Assembly (NCBI GenBank): GCA_016840035.1
Contig: JAEOTC010000153.1
Span: 1-42,680, forward strand
Source of the DNA: Candidatus Hodarchaeota archaeon
GTDB taxonomy: Archaea; Asgardarchaeota; Heimdallarchaeia; Hodarchaeales; Hodarchaeaceae
Length of the DNA stretch: 42,680 bases
Reading direction: 5' to 3'
Numbering within the stretch: position 1 is the first letter of the stretch; each line of letters begins with the position of its first letter. The position numbers and the translations under genes were made by a program. The notes below the pieces were generated by a model. The model worked only from the letters and a program-made list of their open reading frames with translations, made no database searches and had not been told where the DNA came from. Below are positions 37,509 to 42,680 of this stretch, piece after piece.

Positions 37509-38051
37509 TTGGAAGTTCTTATTACAATGACTATACTAGGTTTCGGCGATGATATAATCCAATTAGTAGAGTATCAGAAATCTTGGGACTATCGCTTTCA
37601 ATTCGAAAGTGCAATGATCCTTCTTGCACTCGGTGATTTAATTAAAGGGATTGAACATATTGGAAGTACAGCTATACCTGGGATTATTGCAAAACCAATT
37701 ATTGACATTTTAATTGGAATAGATGATCTGAAAGGTGTATTTACTCATATGAATGTTCTTGAGGTGTTGGATTATAGTTACACAGCCGAAGGAGGGGATA
37801 TAAAACGTCTTTTCTTTAAGAAAGGATCACCTCGACTTTTTCATATTCATTTTGTCGAATTTGAATCAAAAGAATGGAGAAACCATATCTTATTTCGGGA
37901 TATTCTTCAGCAAGATAAAGGTAAAAGGTTTCGTTATCAGCAATTAAAAATCGAATTAGCCAAAAAATTCCCCACTGAACGGAGTAAATACGTTGAGGGA
38001 AAGTCTGCATTCATCAATCAAATCATTAAACCTGTTGCATCTGATAAATAG
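37509..38051 (+). CDS. GrpB/UPF0157 nucleotidyltransferase-fold protein
   Basis: IEHIGSTAIPG..AKPIIDI, FRD.L, Y..LK..LA, Y..GK..FI. ATG at 37527 is an alternative start. Confidence 0.9.
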   Translation: MEVLITMTILGFGDDIIQLVEYQKSWDYRFQFESAMILLALGDLIKGIEHIGSTAIPGIIAKPIIDILIGIDDLKGVFTHMNVLEVLDYSYTAEGGDIKRLFFKKGSPRLFHIHFVEFESKEWRNHILFRDILQQDKGKRFRYQQLKIELAKKFPTERSKYVEGKSAFINQIIKPVASDK

Positions 38052-38064
38052 ATATAAGACATTT

Positions 38065-39486
38065 TTAACTTGGAATTTTTAGTTGAAATACAAAATCCAG
38101 CAAGTCTTGTAGAGTGGCTACATGATAAACCTCCGCTCCAACTCGTTGGTAATATTTTACAACGGAATCGCCAGCATCCCATAACGAATGACTTTCTGGA
38201 TTCAAAATTACCACTCTTTTAGTAGTATTCACCATTTTTTGTATATATTCACTGCTAATGGGGTGATCGTGTCTCCACATCCCTTCAAAATCTCTGCAAT
38301 CACCGAGAATTAACACAGAAGTTCTTTTATTTAGTGGACGATGCTTTATCAAAGTAAAAAAATCTTCAAAACTATCCTGATAGTCTGAATGTATTCTACG
38401 CCTCCGAATAGTATCTTCCCAACATTTTTTTCTTTCCTGCATTGCCCGATTAATTGTCTTTCGTGCTAGTGCTGAGGATATCTCTACCATTGTATTATCA
38501 AATTCAAAGACTCTAACTTTTTTATAGACCTGTTGAGCCGTATAACAAATAACAAAAAACCAGTCAGCAATCCAACGGGTACTACCAGATACATCATTGA
38601 GGATGATGATTTCGGGATCGTCAATTCGTTTATGTTTCTGAACCAATTCAAGCATAATCCCGTTATTCTTCAAATTTTTCCTAATGGTCCGCCTAAAGTC
38701 AAGCTTCCCAGATTTCGCTTGTCTTCTCCTTCTTCTTTCACGAGAGGCCAATATTTTGCCAATTTCTAAGAGATGCTCCTTGATATTCGCCATTGTTGCT
38801 GATACTGTTGCTAAATCTTGCGTTAAAAACTGATCTAGTTGATACAAATCTTCAGGAGTGTCAGAAATGGTCTTTTCATGTCTGATTGGAGGTTCATCTG
38901 TGGTGTTATCCATAGCTTGGAGTTGATTCATATACTGATACAAATTGTAACCGATCCGAATTACCTCTGGACTTAACTCCTGTCGTTGGGAAGGGGTTAA
39001 ACCTCGGATAGGAACTTCTAAATTAAATGCACGGTACAAAAATCGAGTAAGTCGCTGTTGCAATTCAGAAAGTTCTTGCCCTGTGGGTGCACCTCCTGAA
39101 GTACCTCCTCCCGTAGGTATTACTGTCATGGTGGTTTGAATTGCTTCACTTACTTGGCCATTAACTAAGAACTCGGCTATATTCGAATCTTTCTGATGAA
39201 TTGAACGGCTTGTCACCTTTAAAAACTGTTCAGATTCAGAAGACACTTCTGAACTCGATTTATCATCTTTAGAACCTTTCTGTGTAAAGAATTGATCAAA
39301 ACAAGTACTAAAAATATTGAAATCTTCATGACGTTTTAAAATTGCGGCCTTTAAACCAATCCGTAATGCCTGTTGATCTGTAGCCCCGAGATATTCATAC
39401 ACTTGCTGAGCTGTGATTGTTTCAGAGGGAGAAACTGGTAAACCAAAGAATCGAAGTGATTCAACGAAATTTAGGATAATCGACAT
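38065..39486 (-). CDS. CoxE-like VWA domain protein
   Basis: FV..LR..GL.VSP.E, GKLD.RRTIR, MIDAS DVSGS, LILGD.R, LNPE...W..GDS. Confidence 0.88.
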   Translation of the reverse strand: MSIILNFVESLRFFGLPVSPSETITAQQVYEYLGATDQQALRIGLKAAILKRHEDFNIFSTCFDQFFTQKGSKDDKSSSEVSSESEQFLKVTSRSIHQKDSNIAEFLVNGQVSEAIQTTMTVIPTGGGTSGGAPTGQELSELQQRLTRFLYRAFNLEVPIRGLTPSQRQELSPEVIRIGYNLYQYMNQLQAMDNTTDEPPIRHEKTISDTPEDLYQLDQFLTQDLATVSATMANIKEHLLEIGKILASRERRRRRQAKSGKLDFRRTIRKNLKNNGIMLELVQKHKRIDDPEIIILNDVSGSTRWIADWFFVICYTAQQVYKKVRVFEFDNTMVEISSALARKTINRAMQERKKCWEDTIRRRRIHSDYQDSFEDFFTLIKHRPLNKRTSVLILGDCRDFEGMWRHDHPISSEYIQKMVNTTKRVVILNPESHSLWDAGDSVVKYYQRVGAEVYHVATLQDLLDFVFQLKIPS

Positions 39487-39493
39487 TTTAGTT

Positions 39494-40363
39494 TCACATA
39501 GTACTTAATCGAATCAGCTCGCTGTGTTTATTTTTGATTAGTAGGAGATCTTCTTGATATTTGAGTAAAACGGGGAGTGTATCCTTCAGAGTCTCTGTAT
39601 CGATCTGGGTTTTCCCTAGATGGATGAGAGAATTAGCCCAATCAATCGTTTCAGCAATGGAAGGAACTTTCCTTAAGTCCAAAGATCTCAAATGATGCAC
39701 AATCTTCGTGACACTTTTCAATAAAGGTGAATCAAGAGGTAATTCAGTATGAACAGCAAGGATTTCTTTCTCCCGTTCTAATGTGGGGAAATCGACGTAT
39801 AGGTACAAACACCGACGACGAAGCGGTTCGCTTAAATCACGACTAGAATTACTGGTAAGGATTACTACTTGGTCTTGGTTGTCAGCTTTAAATGTACCTA
39901 GTTCTGGAATGGATATTTGTCGTTCACCTAAAGCTTCTAAAAGAAAGGCTTCGAATTCCTCATCAGACTTATCAATTTCGTCAATTAATAATACATTTGC
40001 TTGATCAGATATGAAGGAGAGAAATAATGGACGTTCAATAAAAAAATCTCGTGAAAAAATATTCTCAAGATTCATATCTGCGTGCAACGGATTATGTGGC
40101 TTCTGACGCTCTAATTCGATGTGTAGTAATTGTCTTCTATAATCAAATTCTCCAATCACGCTCTCAACTGTAATTCCTTCATAACATTGAATACGGTATA
40201 ATTCCCAATTTAAAGCATTAGCTAATGAGATAGCAATGCTTGTTTTGCCAGTTCCTGCCGGGCCTTCGATCAAGATTGGGCGATTCAGTTGTAAAGCAAG
40301 TTTAATAGTAATGTTAATTTCAGGAGTAGAAATATAGCTGTGAGAAGCGAGATCGATATCCAT
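39494..40363 (-). CDS. CoxD-like MoxR AAA+ ATPase
   Basis: EGPAGTGKT, RIQCYEG, LLIDEIDKSDEEFEAFLLE.L, ILTSN, LRRRCLY, P.IAETIDWA. Confidence 0.92.
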   Translation of the reverse strand: MDIDLASHSYISTPEINITIKLALQLNRPILIEGPAGTGKTSIAISLANALNWELYRIQCYEGITVESVIGEFDYRRQLLHIELERQKPHNPLHADMNLENIFSRDFFIERPLFLSFISDQANVLLIDEIDKSDEEFEAFLLEALGERQISIPELGTFKADNQDQVVILTSNSSRDLSEPLRRRCLYLYVDFPTLEREKEILAVHTELPLDSPLLKSVTKIVHHLRSLDLRKVPSIAETIDWANSLIHLGKTQIDTETLKDTLPVLLKYQEDLLLIKNKHSELIRLSTM

Positions 40364-40483
40364 AGGTTAAGACTCCACTAATTCTTCAAAATAAATCAAA
40401 TACATTTCAATTTAAGAATGCTTTTAATTTTATTAACTGGGAAAAAGATCGAAATTATGAATTTTATCTTGCTGGGCTAATTC

Positions 40484-40834
40484 ATGCGAAAGAACGAACG
40501 AAAAAAGATTTTCAAAATGTATCTAGAATCTCTTATTTATGAGGGAGGATCCAATAATTTCGTTATTTTTAGTGATATAACTTCAAATAGATTTATCCAA
40601 GCTGCAGGGGGGAAGGGAGATAGATTAATTATTATTGATTTACCTAAGGCTTCATTAGATAAAAATGAAATCATAGCTCTAAAGAAGATTTTTGTACTTT
40701 TTGAAGAAATGGATCAAGCCTTCCAAGGACAAGCTACTCCCGACCAAGGAAGTTTAATCATCGAAAAAATCTTCCGAGACGTATTTTTACTCCCAGATCA
40801 TTATAGTGTCGATATCGAGCTAAATCTTTCCTAA
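40484..40834 (+). CDS. Hypothetical protein (TY-Chap-like alpha/beta fold possible)
   Basis: 116-aa ORF with FVIF.D..SNRFIQAA and IFRDVF.L patterns; family tentative. Confidence 0.5.
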   Translation: MRKNERKKIFKMYLESLIYEGGSNNFVIFSDITSNRFIQAAGGKGDRLIIIDLPKASLDKNEIIALKKIFVLFEEMDQAFQGQATPDQGSLIIEKIFRDVFLLPDHYSVDIELNLS

Positions 40835-40982
40835 ATCTGACAATTAACTAGGGCTTAAGTTCTCAAATTAAAGGGGGTTGGATAAAAATTTATTTATGTT
40901 AAAACTAATATTGAATCTTGTATAGGCTACTTTCAAAAGAGATTTAAATTTAGCTTCTTTAAAGAAAAGAGGAGAGTTTAAA

Positions 40983-42221
40983 ATGAAAATAATTAGAATT
41001 TTGGTATTCTTTTTTATTTTTATATCATTATTATTACCCCTGACCCAAGTATCATCATTCATGATCCCCAAACAAACAACAAAATTTGCTTTAATCTTTA
41101 CCATAGGTGGTCGTGGTGATAAATCATTTAATGATGCAGCTTATAGGGGAATAGAACAAGCAAAAGCTGATTATGGTAACTCCATCAGTATTGATTATAT
41201 TGAGCCAGAAAATATTCCTGAATTTTATACTTTCCAAGATGATCTTGCTAGGAATGGAGATTATGAGTTAATAATCTGTGTTGGATATCTGCAATATTCT
41301 GCATTAAATGCGACAGCTAGAGATTATCCTGATCAAGATTGGGCTATAATTGATGAAAAGTTCTCTCATCTACCTAATGTTCAATCCTTTACATTTAAGG
41401 AACAGGAAGGGTCGTTCTTAGTTGGAGCTATGGCAGGGATGGTGACACAAACAAGTAAAATTGGCTTTTTAGGCGGTATAGATATCTATCTCATTAATAA
41501 ATTTCGATATGGGTATGAACAGGGAGCTAAATACATTAATCCAGCAATTAACGTTACTGCGACATATATGCCGGTTCCTCCTCCTGCTTGTTGGAATGAC
41601 CCTCCAACTGCTAAACTTGTAGGGGAAAATCTTTACAGTCAAGGGATAGATATTATCTATACTGCAACAGGTGAATCATATCGGGGTGTTTTTCAAGCAG
41701 CTAACGAAACGAGTGGAGTATTTGCAATTGGTGCAGATTATGATCAAGACGGGGTTATTCCAGGTAAGATTCTGTGTTCTATGATAAAAAAATATGAAAC
41801 AGCAGTTTATACTGCTATAAAAACCAAAATGGATGGATCTTGGGCCGCAGGAACTCAGGAGTTAGGACTTGCTGAAGACGGAGTAGCAATAAGCCCAATG
41901 ACCTTTACCGGTGTTATTAAAAACGGGCAATTTACCTTAAAAGGTGTAAGTAAAACCCGATGGGAACATATTCTCGAAATTAAAGAACTGATATCTGAAG
42001 GATATATAATTGTAAGTGATGACACTCCTTGGTACAGTACTACAACACCCACCCCTGTAACTACCACAACTAATTCCCAATCAACGACGCATTCCAATAA
42101 TTCCACATCGAAAAATACAGCAATTATTACTCCAAGTACACATATTGCTTATATTATTTTGACCCTTAGTTTAGTTGTACCACGGATTAGATTAAGAAAG
42201 AAAAAGAGAAATTCACAATAA
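40983..42221 (+). CDS. BMP family (nucleoside/purine-type) substrate-binding protein with Thr-rich linker and C-terminal membrane anchor
   Basis: GGRGDKSFND.A..G, F.EQEGSFLVG..A, KIGFLGG, GVFQAA, AIG.D.DQ, GL.EDGV. N-terminal signal peptide; TTTPTPVTTTT linker; hydrophobic segment plus RKKKR. Confidence 0.9.
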   Translation: MKIIRILVFFFIFISLLLPLTQVSSFMIPKQTTKFALIFTIGGRGDKSFNDAAYRGIEQAKADYGNSISIDYIEPENIPEFYTFQDDLARNGDYELIICVGYLQYSALNATARDYPDQDWAIIDEKFSHLPNVQSFTFKEQEGSFLVGAMAGMVTQTSKIGFLGGIDIYLINKFRYGYEQGAKYINPAINVTATYMPVPPPACWNDPPTAKLVGENLYSQGIDIIYTATGESYRGVFQAANETSGVFAIGADYDQDGVIPGKILCSMIKKYETAVYTAIKTKMDGSWAAGTQELGLAEDGVAISPMTFTGVIKNGQFTLKGVSKTRWEHILEIKELISEGYIIVSDDTPWYSTTTPTPVTTTTNSQSTTHSNNSTSKNTAIITPSTHIAYIILTLSLVVPRIRLRKKKRNSQ

Positions 42222-42304
42222 TTCAGTGAAGAGAACATATAAAAGGGAGAATTCAACTCAAACGATGTATTCAGAATAGTAGCAGTTATAGGATGTTTAC
42301 TCGA

Positions 42305-42680
42305 ATGACTGAAGCAATAGATTGGTCTGCATATGAAGCACTTGCAGAAACCCTTGAAAAAATTCCTAACGGATATGCCAAGACATCTGACAATACTTAT
42401 CTACGTGTACTACAGTGGATATTTTCAGAGGATGAAGCAAAGCTCACTAGTAAAATGAAATTAAGGGGAGAAACCGTTGAAGAACTCGCAGAACGGTTGA
42501 AGATTCCTATTGATGGATTAAAAGATAAACTTGAGACTATGCATGATAAAGGGCAAATTACCGTGTATAACACATCCACTGGTCGGCGGTTTGGATTAAT
42601 GCCTTTCGCAGTGGGAATATATGAAGAACAATGGAAACGGATGGATGAGGACTTTGCCCTTCTAATTGAGGAATATTTCA
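42305..42680 (+). CDS. Partial gene: N-terminal HTH region typical of HTH/4Fe-4S ferredoxin-domain proteins
   Basis: Manual translation MTEAIDWSAYEALAETLEKIPNGYAKT...LQWIFSEDEAKL...ETVEELAERL...LETMHDKG...LMPFAVGIYE; open to the window end. Fe-S motifs are not visible in the window. Confidence 0.7.
   Translation, partial: MTEAIDWSAYEALAETLEKIPNGYAKTSDNTYLRVLQWIFSEDEAKLTSKMKLRGETVEELAERLKIPIDGLKDKLETMHDKGQITVYNTSTGRRFGLMPFAVGIYEEQWKRMDEDFALLIEEYF

Noticed and set aside
42036-42140. ACN-rich low-complexity tract as a DNA repeat
   Set aside because: Explained by the Thr/Ser-rich protein linker; codons vary.
3369-42579. Short nested or antisense ORFs in the track (e.g. 3782-3970, 6353-6607, 12090-12476, 23120-23413, 30427-30714, 36376-36708, 41855-42106, 42397-42579)
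   Set aside because: They overlap well-supported genes and show no motifs; they read as shadow frames.

Overview
Gene-dense, AT-rich archaeal chromosomal segment, most consistent with an Asgard archaeon (probably Heimdallarchaeia). That assignment rests on archaeal GatDE, a Rab-like GTPase with WDIAGQ, a longin domain, a histone fold and a UFM1-like beta-grasp domain. It holds about 36 protein-coding genes, two of them cut by the window edges and missing from the ORF track. No rRNA, tRNA, CRISPR array or transposase was recognised. Most interesting: (1) a histone-fold/longin fusion with an acidic region and a K/R-rich, NLS-like tail; (2) an ECF transporter operon whose S-component and coupled surface metallophosphoesterase both end in a Cys-less sulfite-oxidase-type Moco-binding-like domain, a candidate cofactor-scavenging system; (3) a helical protein ending in a UFM1-like domain with a terminal Gly; (4) a YycJ-like MBL hydrolase with a canonical PCNA-binding PIP box; (5) several apparently inactive or degenerate folds (pseudokinase, Mrr-like, TFB-like, split GTPase) and two orphan DNA adenine methyltransferases. 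All calls come from motif recognition by eye; no database searches were run.
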